The position numbers and the translations under genes are program-made. The notes beneath the pieces were generated by a model. That model was not told the origin of the DNA. It worked only from the letters and a program-made list of their open reading frames with translations, and did not search any database. Source: a virus. Taken from it: 64,000 nt of DNA. This document shows, piece by piece, positions 28,529 to 38,036 of this stretch. Location: IMG/VR virus record IMGVR_UViG_3300031673_000004, positions 1 through 64,000 of that record. One strand, given 5' to 3'. Position 1 is the stretch's first letter. Every line of letters begins with the position of its first letter.

Positions 28529-29093
28529 CTATAACGTGAGGGCAAGGAACCAATCAGGTAGTATCTCGTTTACGTGTGCTGATTCATTGGAGAGCCAATT
28601 TCTGCCTGCTCTGATTCTGTGTAGTTCGAAATGATGGTAATGGCATAACCAGATAATCTCGTAAACCTTATTGTAATTTTGGTGATGTCCTTCCAGCCTT
28701 CCTTTGCAAAAGCCATTGGCAATCAAGCATGTGTCAGGGCGAACTAGCTTCCCCAATTTTATTGCCTGGTATGCTTTACTGCGTACTAGTGCCCTTTCTC
28801 TTCCACCGTTTTTGTATCTCTCCCTCGCTTTTTTTCTATATTCTTCTGTTTTCCCTCTGAGTCTCTGACGTTCATTTGTACACTTTCGTTTTTCGGGGTC
28901 TGCATAATATTTTCTCCGAACTTCTTTTATATGCTTTCGTACCTTCACAGTGGTAGCAGCATATATTGTCATTGATTTTATTGTAGCAATCTACGCAAAT
29001 TGACTGAAGACCATCAGGAGACGTACTTAGCCAATAAAAAGGCCAAATACTTCCACATTTCGTGCATCTTTTCATCTCAAACTCACAAAACAC
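28529..29093 (-). pseudogene. HNH endonuclease split by a frameshift
   Basis: N-part (KRCTKC...DGLQSICVDC) and C-part (LEGHHQNYNK..IIWLCHYHH) lie in different frames and join near 28970-28985. Confidence 0.6.
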
Positions 29094-29175
29094 TACTTCC
29101 CAGCCAGCGGAGTCTAGCGAGAAACGCTAACCAGGAAGCAGGATATTGTTTTATGAGCCGCTAGACTCTAGGAAT

Positions 29176-29204
29176 AGAATGGCACAGTCGGAACTACTTG
29201 TCAA
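29176..29204 (-). promoter_or_regulatory. Sigma70-type leftward promoter
   Basis: TTGACA-N17-CATTCT. Confidence 0.5.
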
Positions 29205-29568
29205 CACTTTTTTACCTGCTATGTGTCAAACTCCCTCTCTCCCTGCAAATTTGAGATAACCTACACCTGCTCGCTACGCTCGCCCCCAGGAGACACAATC
29301 CCACGGGTATGGGAAAAGCTAGGTGGTAAAAAATAATAACGGGTATGCCGCGCTTCACAGCGGTGTACCTGTTCGGGCAGCAGCGGTTTTTGCTGGTGTC
29401 CCGAACAACAGATTATTGTTTATATAAATTTCAACGGGCACATTTGTTCTCGGAGATCCCCTGAAGCTTCTGAACGTAGTGAAGAAGTTTCTGAATATAC
29501 TATAACTGTAAATTATAAACAGAAACTATAACTATAACAGTTAAGTTAAGTTAAAGGACGCGCTTAAG

Positions 29569-29604
29569 CGGCCCCTTAATCGTCCCCTTACTCGGCCCCT
29601 TAAG
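29569..29604. repeat. Three tandem 12-bp repeats (iteron-like)
   Basis: CGGCCCCTTAAT / CGTCCCCTTACT / CGGCCCCTTAAG. Confidence 0.8.
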
Positions 29605-29638
29605 AGGCAAGAGTTATAGATTAGTTTTTACAAAGAAG

Positions 29639-29660
29639 TCAACCCCCTTAAGGGGGTTGA
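29639..29660. repeat. Perfect 22-bp palindrome
   Basis: TCAACCCCCTTAAGGGGGTTGA; shares the CCCCTTA core with the tandem repeats. Confidence 0.9.
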
Positions 29661-29861
29661 ACAGCAACGGTAATCGAACTGGATATTTTCCGTAACAAAA
29701 TTATGTGTGTGGTATCGTGTGAAGGAACTTACCTATTATTTAGTATGGAATAAATTAACAAGTTGTAAATAACAGTATCGCTTAACTAAAGATTATCTTG
29801 GAAAAGTAATTATTACCAATTAATAAACTAAACAACCCCGAGAAGTTATATGAAAAATATT

Positions 29862-29890
29862 TTGTTAATTATCATTCTTTTTTGTATAAT
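29862..29890 (+). promoter_or_regulatory. Rightward sigma70-type promoter
   Basis: TTGTTA-N17-TATAAT; predicted start about 29897, followed by an orphaned AGGAG RBS at 29906. Confidence 0.65.
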
Positions 29891-29896
29891 AGATCT

Positions 29897-30170
29897 GGAT
29901 AGCCTAGGAGAACTAAGCGTCAACTACCGTCGCCTAAAGACGACGGCTTGCAAGGAGTAGCAAGGCCAATGCGAAACAAGCAAGAGAAAACAGGAGACTA
30001 GAGTGGGTAAGGTCAAGATTTATTACTTGGCTGCTCGAAGCCAACTGAGCCAACTGCCCGTGGCAGGGCATAGCATGTCTGAGATGCTCCCCAAGTCCCA
30101 GACCCCTGCGTTGGCCAGTCTCGATGGGGGTAATTGCTCGATCCGTAAGGATCGGAGTGGGAGAGGTAAC
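29897..30170 (+). ncRNA. Putative omegaRNA (5' guide about 29897-29918 plus scaffold)
   Basis: About 250 nt structured leader upstream of a PLMP-domain gene, starting with the GTCAACTACC hairpin; boundaries inferred. Confidence 0.7.
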
Positions 30171-31214
30171 TCTCTGTTGTTTGTTCCAGTTATTTCGTCC
30201 GTTGGAAAGCCGTTAATGCCAAGTCATCCTGCCAGGGCAAGAGAATTGGTTCGGAAAGGAAAAGCAGTTCGTAGATTCATTAAGGGGATTTTCTACATTG
30301 AGTTGCTGCAAAGAAAAGATGGAGATACTCAACCAGTAGCAGTCGGAATTGATCCTGGTTCCAAGAAGGAGGGTTTTACGGTCAAGTCAGCAGAACATAC
30401 ATACTTAAACATTCAAGCTAACGCTGTTACTTGGGTAAAGGATGCCGTGGAAACAAAAAGAAATATGCGAAGAACACGACGTGCTAGAAAAACTCCTTGC
30501 CGACAAAACCGCATCAATCGTAAGCGTGGAGGTATTCCACCATCAACTAAGGCTCGTTGGCAGTGGAAACTAAACATTGCGAAAGTACTTTCCAGACTAT
30601 TCCCGGTTGAGTGTTTCGTAGTAGAAGACATCAAAGCCAAGACAACTGGTAAACGCAGGTGGGACGTGTCTTTTAGCCCGCTAGAAGTAGGTAAGAAGTG
30701 GTTTTATTCTGAACTACGCAAACTTGGTCAGGTAGACACTAAACAGGGGTTCGATACGTTCGGAATGCATAACCAATTTGGGCTTAAGAAGTCCAAAAGC
30801 AAGCTGGGTAATAGCTTTGAAGCACACTGTGTAGACAGTTGGGTTCTTGCTAATTCTTGGGTAGGTGGTCATACTGTACCAGACAACAGGAGTTTGATTT
30901 TGATTGCACCAATCCAATTGCACCGGAGACAATTACATGTTTTACAACCGGGCAAGAATGGTGTAAGAAAGTCTTACGGGAGCACCAAGAGTCTGAGGTT
31001 CAAACGGGGAAGTCTGATAAAACACAAAAAATATGGTGTTGTATATGTTGGCGGAACAAGTAAAAATAGAATTAGTTTGCATTCCATTCAGAACGGAAAG
31101 CGTCTATGTCAAAATGCAAGAACAGAAGAGTGTCAATTTCTAGCCTATAATGCATGGAGGATGGGCAATTCCTCTGCCGCCTGAAGGTGACAGTCTCCTT
31201 GCCCGGAACTACAC
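29919..31214 (+). mobile_element. IS200/IS605-superfamily OMEGA element (isrB, non-autonomous)
   Basis: Left end GTCAACTACCGTCGCCTAAAGACGACGGCTTGC hairpin; right end AATTCCTCTGCCGCCTGAAGGTGACAGTCTCC; no tnpA in the element. Confidence 0.8.
30177..31184 (+). CDS. isrB: IsrB RNA-guided nickase (PLMP/RRXRR plus split RuvC, no HNH)
   Basis: GKPLMPSHPARAR, GIDPGSK, RRTRRARK, VEDI, HCVDS; about 335 aa from TTG 30177; no HNH insert. Confidence 0.85.
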   Translation: MFVPVISSVGKPLMPSHPARARELVRKGKAVRRFIKGIFYIELLQRKDGDTQPVAVGIDPGSKKEGFTVKSAEHTYLNIQANAVTWVKDAVETKRNMRRTRRARKTPCRQNRINRKRGGIPPSTKARWQWKLNIAKVLSRLFPVECFVVEDIKAKTTGKRRWDVSFSPLEVGKKWFYSELRKLGQVDTKQGFDTFGMHNQFGLKKSKSKLGNSFEAHCVDSWVLANSWVGGHTVPDNRSLILIAPIQLHRRQLHVLQPGKNGVRKSYGSTKSLRFKRGSLIKHKKYGVVYVGGTSKNRISLHSIQNGKRLCQNARTEECQFLAYNAWRMGNSSAA

Positions 31215-32375
31215 ATGAGCATACCTGAAAAGTCAAAGATAATATTATTCGTTCAAGGTGGTGCAGGTGATGTTTTAAGCCATACGCCTGCTATTCGCTA
31301 TTTTAAACATAAGTACCCTAATGATGAAATCATCGTTCTTTCTACCTATTCACAGCTTTTAGAGCACAATCCTAATATAGACAAACTAATTTCACTCAAA
31401 GATCCAAAAGATTTTTACAATGAACATGTATTAGGAAAAAACATTAGATTTTTCAAAAAGCATTTTGTGTACGACGGAATTATGGATGAACCAGCGATGG
31501 ACTGTAAATGCCTTCCAGAGTTTATATGTAAGATGTACGACGCTGAATACGATGAGCAGCCCCTTGATTATAAGCTTACAGATTATGAATTACGAGCGGC
31601 ACAAACATTCATAGGACAATATAAGTTCCTCAATCGCCCAATAGTTCTACTGCACTGTACTGGAGCGATTCCTTCAGATGGAGCATTCAACAAAACAAAT
31701 AGTCTCAAAGATCTAAACATTGAATTAGCGAAACAGCTAGTAGCAAAATATAAAGAAAAAATATTATTTATTCATATTGGTTTGGAAGGGGAGCCAAAGG
31801 TAGACGGTGCTATAGATGCATTAGGAATGCAAATGCGAGAGGCTATTGCACTTTTGCCATTGGCTGATAGCTACATCCTTATAGAAAGTCTATTCGCACA
31901 CTGTACAAATGCATTAGGAACTAAGGGAATTGTTGTATTCCAGAACACTGATCCCAAGTTCTTCGGTTACTCTAATAATTATAATGTTTCATGGACTGGT
32001 GGATGTAAAGATTGGCCATGTAATCGCCCAGTAGGTGCACTACTAGATTTGCATCCAGGCTATAGAAATCCGAAAACACGGCAACAACTCTTATGGGAAT
32101 GCCCTAATCAAGTCTGCGCACAAATTCCGCTAGAGAATTTGGAAAAGGCACTATTGGACTCTTTAGCAGAAAAAAAGAAAAGAGGAAATCCTGCATTAGA
32201 CGCAGCCCGTGCAGGCACTCCCCCACAACAAAAATTTAGCGTGGCAGAATCTCCTTCATATGGAAAAACAATTGCAGGAGATACGAATATTGCAACTATA
32301 CCTAAAGCAGACTTAGTAGAAGAAATAGAAGTGAAACCTGTAAAGAAGAAGAAGAAAAAGGCAAAGAGAAAATAA
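31215..32375 (+). CDS. Glycosyltransferase, GT9 (heptosyltransferase)-like
   Basis: GGAGDVLSHTPAIRYFKHKYP...ESLFAHCTNALG. Confidence 0.75.
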   Translation: MSIPEKSKIILFVQGGAGDVLSHTPAIRYFKHKYPNDEIIVLSTYSQLLEHNPNIDKLISLKDPKDFYNEHVLGKNIRFFKKHFVYDGIMDEPAMDCKCLPEFICKMYDAEYDEQPLDYKLTDYELRAAQTFIGQYKFLNRPIVLLHCTGAIPSDGAFNKTNSLKDLNIELAKQLVAKYKEKILFIHIGLEGEPKVDGAIDALGMQMREAIALLPLADSYILIESLFAHCTNALGTKGIVVFQNTDPKFFGYSNNYNVSWTGGCKDWPCNRPVGALLDLHPGYRNPKTRQQLLWECPNQVCAQIPLENLEKALLDSLAEKKKRGNPALDAARAGTPPQQKFSVAESPSYGKTIAGDTNIATIPKADLVEEIEVKPVKKKKKKAKRK

Positions 32376-32399
32376 CCGTTATCTTTGAAAGGAATTATC

Positions 32400-33050
32400 A
32401 TGAGAATAGAACAACCATCCATAAAAGTCCTTTTTCATTATCCTATAACTGATGACGGAGAAATACTACAACCTGAAGTCTTTCTTGAAATGGTAGGTAG
32501 AACGTGTTATAAGTCTGAAGGTAAGATTACAGAAACAAGTGCTAGGGATTTCATTAGAATGTTGAATGATCGCGGACACGCAGCGATGTTGGAACACTGT
32601 GTAGCTTCTGCACATATTGTATGTAATCGTGGGCTTACACATGAACTTGTTAGGCATAGAATAGCGTCGTATGGTCAGGAAAGCACACGGTTTTGTAATT
32701 ATTCCAAAGATCAGTTTGATCATACTATCGGTGTTATTATGCCTCCATTCGCTACTACTGATGGCAGGGCTGAAATTGAATGGCGACAGGCTATGGTTGA
32801 CGCTGAGAAGCATTATTTTAATCTTATTGGGATAGGCGAACCAGCACAAATTGCAAGGGGTGTACTCCCGATAGATCTCAAAACGGAAATATGGATTACG
32901 ACTAATCTGCGTGAATGGCAGCATATCTTTAGTTTGCGTTGTTCGAATAAAGCACACCCACAAATCAGGCAGACATTCCGTAGCGCACTTCCCATTTTTG
33001 CTAAAAATGTTCCATCGATGTTTTCAAAACTGAATTCAAAGTTTTCTTAG
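32400..33050 (+). CDS. thyX: Flavin-dependent thymidylate synthase
   Basis: GHAAMLEH, THELVRHRIASYGQESTR, ARGVLP, NLREW, AHPQIR. Confidence 0.95.
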   Translation: MRIEQPSIKVLFHYPITDDGEILQPEVFLEMVGRTCYKSEGKITETSARDFIRMLNDRGHAAMLEHCVASAHIVCNRGLTHELVRHRIASYGQESTRFCNYSKDQFDHTIGVIMPPFATTDGRAEIEWRQAMVDAEKHYFNLIGIGEPAQIARGVLPIDLKTEIWITTNLREWQHIFSLRCSNKAHPQIRQTFRSALPIFAKNVPSMFSKLNSKFS

Positions 33051-33058
33051 GGGGCATT

Positions 33059-34315
33059 ATGAAAAAAGGAAACAATGTAGATCATCCTGAGCACTATAAT
33101 AAACACCCTGCTGGGATTGAATGTATTGATGTAATCGAGCACTTTGGTTGTAATATAGCCAATGCTATGAAGTATCTATGGCGAGCAGGGCTTAAACCAA
33201 GTTCCGATTTAATTGAAGATTTAGAAAAGGCCAATTGGTACATTTTGCGTGAAATCGCACGGAAGAAAAAATATAAGGGAGTAAAAAAAATGACTGAACC
33301 CACAAAACTTATATGCTATAAAGGCGACCGTAGTGCCTGTTGGCTGTACCGCCTTCACGCTCCCATGGTGCACCTTGCCCGAAATAACCCAAAAGGATTT
33401 CACATTACAGTAGCAGGATCTATAGGAGAAGACCAAGTAGGAAAGTATGATTTAGCAATCCTCCAGCGGCAGTATAAACTGGATGTGTTTCAATATATTC
33501 TCCAGATGAAAAAAAAAGGAACAAAATTGGTCTATGAAATAGATGACGACTTATTTCATGTGCCCAAATGGAATCCGTCATATCAAGTTCTAGGAAAGAA
33601 AAAAGTACAGGATGGTATTAAATATTTCGTATCTGAAGTTGATGCAATGTTTGTAACAACCGAAGCATTAAAATCAGTCTACGAAAATTATTGCAAACAT
33701 ATTTATGTGTTACCAAATTCGATTGACTTTGATTTTATATTTCCGCTAGATAATCCTAGAGAAAATACATCTAAACCAGTAGTCTGTTGGCAGGGATCTA
33801 TGACGCATGAACATGATCTTGCTGTTGCCAAAAGAGAATTTATAAAACTAGCAAAGGATAAAGATATATTATTTAAAATGTGGTGTGGGTTGGATCGGGT
33901 AACCAGAAAACCAAATTTTGATATACCGGGGGCACAAACAATTCAACTTACCCCTTTCGAAGGCTTTTTTCAGATGTTCGGTCAATTAGGGGTTTATATT
34001 GGCTTAGCCCCCTTAGCAGCAACACAATTCAATAGAAGTAAATCAAACTTGAAGTTTTTGGAGTATACAGTGTATAATGCAGTCACTGTGGCATCTGACT
34101 TTGGACCATATAAAGATACCATAGAAGATGGCGTCACAGGAATTTTGGTTGCAAATAACAATGATTGGTATAATAAGGTAAAGGAACTATTGGACAATGA
34201 AGATTTATATACTTCTATATTGACAAATGCAAAGAAATTGGTAGCTGAAAAATTTGATATAAACAAGAATTACATTTACTGGGAACAGGCAATCAAACAA
34301 ATTTTAGGAGAGTGA
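33059..34315 (+). CDS. DUF3310 (T7 gp1.7 nucleotide kinase-like) domain in frame with a GT-B glycosyltransferase
   Basis: VDHPEHY...IECIDVI...KYLWRAG..EDLEKA, then YEIDDDL...APL...FNRSKSNLKFLEY; internal RBS and ATG at 33290. Confidence 0.8.
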   Translation: MKKGNNVDHPEHYNKHPAGIECIDVIEHFGCNIANAMKYLWRAGLKPSSDLIEDLEKANWYILREIARKKKYKGVKKMTEPTKLICYKGDRSACWLYRLHAPMVHLARNNPKGFHITVAGSIGEDQVGKYDLAILQRQYKLDVFQYILQMKKKGTKLVYEIDDDLFHVPKWNPSYQVLGKKKVQDGIKYFVSEVDAMFVTTEALKSVYENYCKHIYVLPNSIDFDFIFPLDNPRENTSKPVVCWQGSMTHEHDLAVAKREFIKLAKDKDILFKMWCGLDRVTRKPNFDIPGAQTIQLTPFEGFFQMFGQLGVYIGLAPLAATQFNRSKSNLKFLEYTVYNAVTVASDFGPYKDTIEDGVTGILVANNNDWYNKVKELLDNEDLYTSILTNAKKLVAEKFDINKNYIYWEQAIKQILGE

Positions 34316-34316
34316 T

Positions 34317-34745
34317 ATGTCACCAACAGTCTATTTCGTTTTTATAACTTGTCAGTTCGGTATCTGGCTAGGATGGGTAGAGGAGTCTGAATATAACATA
34401 TGGAAAACTGAGAAATGTGCCTTGACGCTGCATGATGTTCGCGGCTACATTTTTCAGCCCGTACCAGGATCCAACGATAGAATGGCTGTAACAATTGGCC
34501 CGCCATATCCTGGGGATACAAAGCAGCTAGAGATCGCATTGTTCCCACATTCAGTAGAAATCATCGGAGAAATTCGTACTGAAAAGGGAGTTAAAATATG
34601 CACAGGAAGTCCTACCCTCTACACTCGCTATACAGAAGCCTTGGATAAGTGGCGTGCAGCATTGTCAAACATTCACACACCTACCCCCTCTGATATTGCA
34701 AATTTATCAAAGATGAAGAATGTGACAAAGTTCCCCGGAAGATAA
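34317..34745 (+). CDS. Hypothetical protein
   Basis: 142 aa ORF with AGGAG RBS. Confidence 0.6.
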   Translation: MSPTVYFVFITCQFGIWLGWVEESEYNIWKTEKCALTLHDVRGYIFQPVPGSNDRMAVTIGPPYPGDTKQLEIALFPHSVEIIGEIRTEKGVKICTGSPTLYTRYTEALDKWRAALSNIHTPTPSDIANLSKMKNVTKFPGR

Positions 34746-34746
34746 C

Positions 34747-35106
34747 ATGAAAGCAAAAAAAGAAAGTTTTATACTAGGAAACCTGGATAAAAAGACCAGG
34801 TTAGATGCTACACAGCATGCGTTTGTAATTAAAGAGAAAACTAAAGCGACTGATGGGACAATTAGCTGGACTAGTAAATATTATTATTCAGAGATTGGTG
34901 ACGCAATTCGTGGATATGCACGCCATGTACTGCGTCGTCCTAGCATGGCCAAACATTTAGATGGTGACATAAAGACTTTGATAGAACTTATCAGCAAACT
35001 CGAAAAAACAATTAAAAAGATGGGTGATAAATTAAATTTACAATTCGACAGGCAACTGCAAGATCCTGTAGAATCTCATCTATTTAATTCTGAGGATTCA
35101 AAATGA
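34747..35106 (+). CDS. Hypothetical protein
   Basis: 119 aa ORF, tightly packed. Confidence 0.6.
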   Translation: MKAKKESFILGNLDKKTRLDATQHAFVIKEKTKATDGTISWTSKYYYSEIGDAIRGYARHVLRRPSMAKHLDGDIKTLIELISKLEKTIKKMGDKLNLQFDRQLQDPVESHLFNSEDSK

Positions 35107-35726
35107 ATCATAAAGTAAATACTGCAGATTACTACATTGGGAAGATAACTAAGAAATATATCATTGATTTTCTCAATGCTTTGTTATTTTCTAATTCAGT
35201 TCTTTGGGATGGTAACGACCAATTTAATGAACTGCCAATATTTAAGACTACTGTAGAAGATGGAGTTCATAAGGAACAACGCGGTGCACTGTTTGTAAAC
35301 AGTAAAAGCTCCAAAGCACTGCGGTTATCTATAATAGCCATAGAGACTACTATTCAGCAAGTGTGCTATAGACTTTGCGGATTGAACGAACCACTCAGGA
35401 TCGATGAGGGTAAACGACTATATTACCCGTTAGATGGGATCGTTATTGATGTATCTATTGCAGATCTAAATTTAGGCAGCAGTGAACCTGCTTCCTACTC
35501 GTTCTCAGATAATACGAACAACACAGGAAAACTTAACAATAAAAAATTATTTACTATTCTTAATTATCTGCTTACTTCAACATTTATTACAATAGAAGAT
35601 CCTGAAATTTTTGCGGATTTGACAGAAGATCATTTGAGTTCACCTCCTATCCCTTCCGATCCACATTTTAGGCCAGTATTCGGAGTCCGAGATGTCATCG
35701 ATACCGTTGATAATAGCAGGCATTGA
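35103..35726 (+). CDS. Hypothetical protein
   Basis: 207 aa ORF with ATGA overlap. Confidence 0.6.
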   Translation: MNHKVNTADYYIGKITKKYIIDFLNALLFSNSVLWDGNDQFNELPIFKTTVEDGVHKEQRGALFVNSKSSKALRLSIIAIETTIQQVCYRLCGLNEPLRIDEGKRLYYPLDGIVIDVSIADLNLGSSEPASYSFSDNTNNTGKLNNKKLFTILNYLLTSTFITIEDPEIFADLTEDHLSSPPIPSDPHFRPVFGVRDVIDTVDNSRH

Positions 35727-35749
35727 CCTGTAGTGGTAAAAATAGAATA

Positions 35750-37324
35750 ATGAAAAAAAAGACACAAAAAATTCTTTTAGGAAAACATTTTGGAAAATTA
35801 GTTGTTATAAGGGCTAGTAAAAAAATAAAAAGAGGAGATATTGTCTGGGAGTGTTTATGTGAGTGTGGTAATACAATTATGCTTCCCACGTATCGATTAC
35901 TATACAAAAGTGGAACACGGAGTTGTGGGTGCTTAGTGGGAAGTAAAAGAAAAGAATTAACAGGTAAGCGTTTTGGGAAATTAGTCGCCCTCGAACCAAC
36001 AAGTATAGTAAAAGGTAAAAGTATTGTTTGGCGGTGTATCTGTGACTGTGGAAACGAAGTACTTGTAAAAAGTGGCCATTTACTTAGTAGGGGACAAAAA
36101 GGTACGAACAGTTGTGGATGTTTAAAAGGAAATAAACTTAATTTAATAGGAAAAAAATTTGGGGAACTTACTGTTCTCCGGGAAACCCCACAACGGAGGA
36201 CAACTTCTACAGAATGGGAATGTTCTTGTAGTTGTGGAGAGTATATTACCGTTCCTGCTACTTATCTAGTAAGAAAAAGTAAAAAACCGAAACATTGTGG
36301 CTGTTTAAATAAAAAGTTTGGTGAAGATGCTGCCTTTAATGTATTGTATCAGTCATATAAAAAAAGAGCAGAAAAAAATGGATTAATATTTACATTAACT
36401 AGAAAGGAATTTAGAACATTAACAAAACAACCTTGTGTTTATTGCGCTTCTAAACCATTTCAAGTTCAGTATATCGGAGGAAACAATCGAAAAAGACATG
36501 AATATATTTACAGTGGAATTGATCGTATAGATAGTTCTAAGGGTTATACTTTAGATAATTGCAGTCCTTGTTGTAAGATCTGCAATTTTGCTAAAAGTAA
36601 TATGAATGTAGGAGAGTTTTTACTTCATATAACTAAAATAATAAAAAATAATAAAAAAATAATTTTAACATTACAGAATAAACACATAATTTCTACTACA
36701 AATGCCATAAATATTACAAAACATATTAAGAAGATAAATAATAAGGAGAATACTATGAAACATTTTAAAAGTACTTATGTAGGATTAGATTTAAGTCTAA
36801 CTAATACGGGTATCTGTGTATTAGGAACTAATAATAGAATTATACATTTAGATGTAATAGCTACAAAAAAATTAAGAGGGGGTGATAGATTAATTTTCAT
36901 AAAAGAAGCTATCAAAAATATTCTTAATAAATATGAAGATACAATATTAAATATTTTTGTGGAAGGATACTCATATGGAAGCAGAGGTCGCGCCGTGTTT
37001 AATATCGGGGAACTTGGAGGTGTTATCTCTGTTATGTTATTAGAAAATAAACATAGCTACTTTATTGTGCCACCCAAAACATTAAAACTGTTTATATGCA
37101 ATTCAGGGAATGCCCCAAAAAGTATTATGTTTGAACAAGTCTATCGAAAATATAAAATTGGTTCAGAACATCTTTTACACGGAAATGACAATGCGTTAGA
37201 TGCTTTTTGTTTGGCTAAATTTGGGGAAAGTTATACGCAATGGATGTTAGGAAATATTAATTATTTAAATTATGAATTAAGATCATTCAAAAAGATTAAA
37301 GACAGAATAACTTTCCAAGGATGA
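35750..37324 (+). CDS. ruvC: HNH-type homing endonuclease in frame with a RuvC-like Holliday junction resolvase
   Basis: Three GKxFGxL...WxCxCxCG repeats and IDRIDSSKGYTLDNCSPCCKICN; then VGLDLSLTNTG, VEGYS, GELGG, DNALDA from an internal ATG at 36755 with AAGGAG RBS. Confidence 0.8.
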   Translation: MKKKTQKILLGKHFGKLVVIRASKKIKRGDIVWECLCECGNTIMLPTYRLLYKSGTRSCGCLVGSKRKELTGKRFGKLVALEPTSIVKGKSIVWRCICDCGNEVLVKSGHLLSRGQKGTNSCGCLKGNKLNLIGKKFGELTVLRETPQRRTTSTEWECSCSCGEYITVPATYLVRKSKKPKHCGCLNKKFGEDAAFNVLYQSYKKRAEKNGLIFTLTRKEFRTLTKQPCVYCASKPFQVQYIGGNNRKRHEYIYSGIDRIDSSKGYTLDNCSPCCKICNFAKSNMNVGEFLLHITKIIKNNKKIILTLQNKHIISTTNAINITKHIKKINNKENTMKHFKSTYVGLDLSLTNTGICVLGTNNRIIHLDVIATKKLRGGDRLIFIKEAIKNILNKYEDTILNIFVEGYSYGSRGRAVFNIGELGGVISVMLLENKHSYFIVPPKTLKLFICNSGNAPKSIMFEQVYRKYKIGSEHLLHGNDNALDAFCLAKFGESYTQWMLGNINYLNYELRSFKKIKDRITFQG

Positions 37325-37400
37325 GATTGCTACACTCAAAGGAATGAACCCTAAATGCACACTGTAAATTAACGTAAAGTAGGTATAAGAAAATATTCTC

Positions 37401-38036
37401 ATGTTAGCTAATCTTGTAAATATAATAGTCGTAGGGTATGGACCAAAGGTAAAACATTTGGATAAAGCGTGCTTAAATAGTATACTTTTTAATACTAGCC
37501 ACCCTTATATTATTACATATTTTGACAACTATGCTTCTGGAATGTCTTTAACCGCAGTTTGGAATAAATTAGTTAAGTTCAGTGATACAAAATTTATTTG
37601 TTTATTGAATAATGACACGCGAGTAACAGAAAATTGGCTAGGAAAACTTGTTGATACATTAACCACCGATGAGCGTATTGGATTTGTTGGTCCATCTGGT
37701 AATTGCCACTCGGTACAATCTTCAGTTGTATCTGAGGAACACGCGCAAAAGCACATTGGAAAAGTAGTTATGTTAAAAGATCCACCCAGCGGTTTTTGTT
37801 TATTGTTCAGAAAAAAAATATGGGATGAAATAAACGGATTTAATGAACAGTATAATCTTTATGGAAGCGAAAGCGATTTTTGTGATCGTGCTACAAAAGT
37901 TGGGTATAAGTATGCTTGGAGAAAAGACGTATTTATACACCATTTAGGCGAAAGTAGCTCAAAAGCCTATGCAATTGATACGATAAAAGAAAGAGAAAAA
38001 GCAAAAAAATTGTATTGGGAATCCCGTGATAAATAA
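37401..38036 (+). CDS. GT2 family glycosyltransferase
   Basis: CLLNNDT, GFCLLFRK, ESDFCDRA, FIHHLG. Confidence 0.88.
   Translation: MLANLVNIIVVGYGPKVKHLDKACLNSILFNTSHPYIITYFDNYASGMSLTAVWNKLVKFSDTKFICLLNNDTRVTENWLGKLVDTLTTDERIGFVGPSGNCHSVQSSVVSEEHAQKHIGKVVMLKDPPSGFCLLFRKKIWDEINGFNEQYNLYGSESDFCDRATKVGYKYAWRKDVFIHHLGESSSKAYAIDTIKEREKAKKLYWESRDK

Noticed and set aside
30003-30176. N-terminal extension of IsrB in the ORF track; also a call of IscB or Cas9
   Set aside because: The extension overlaps the predicted omegaRNA, and the PLMP domain starts at about 30177. There is no HNH between the RuvC motifs and no array.
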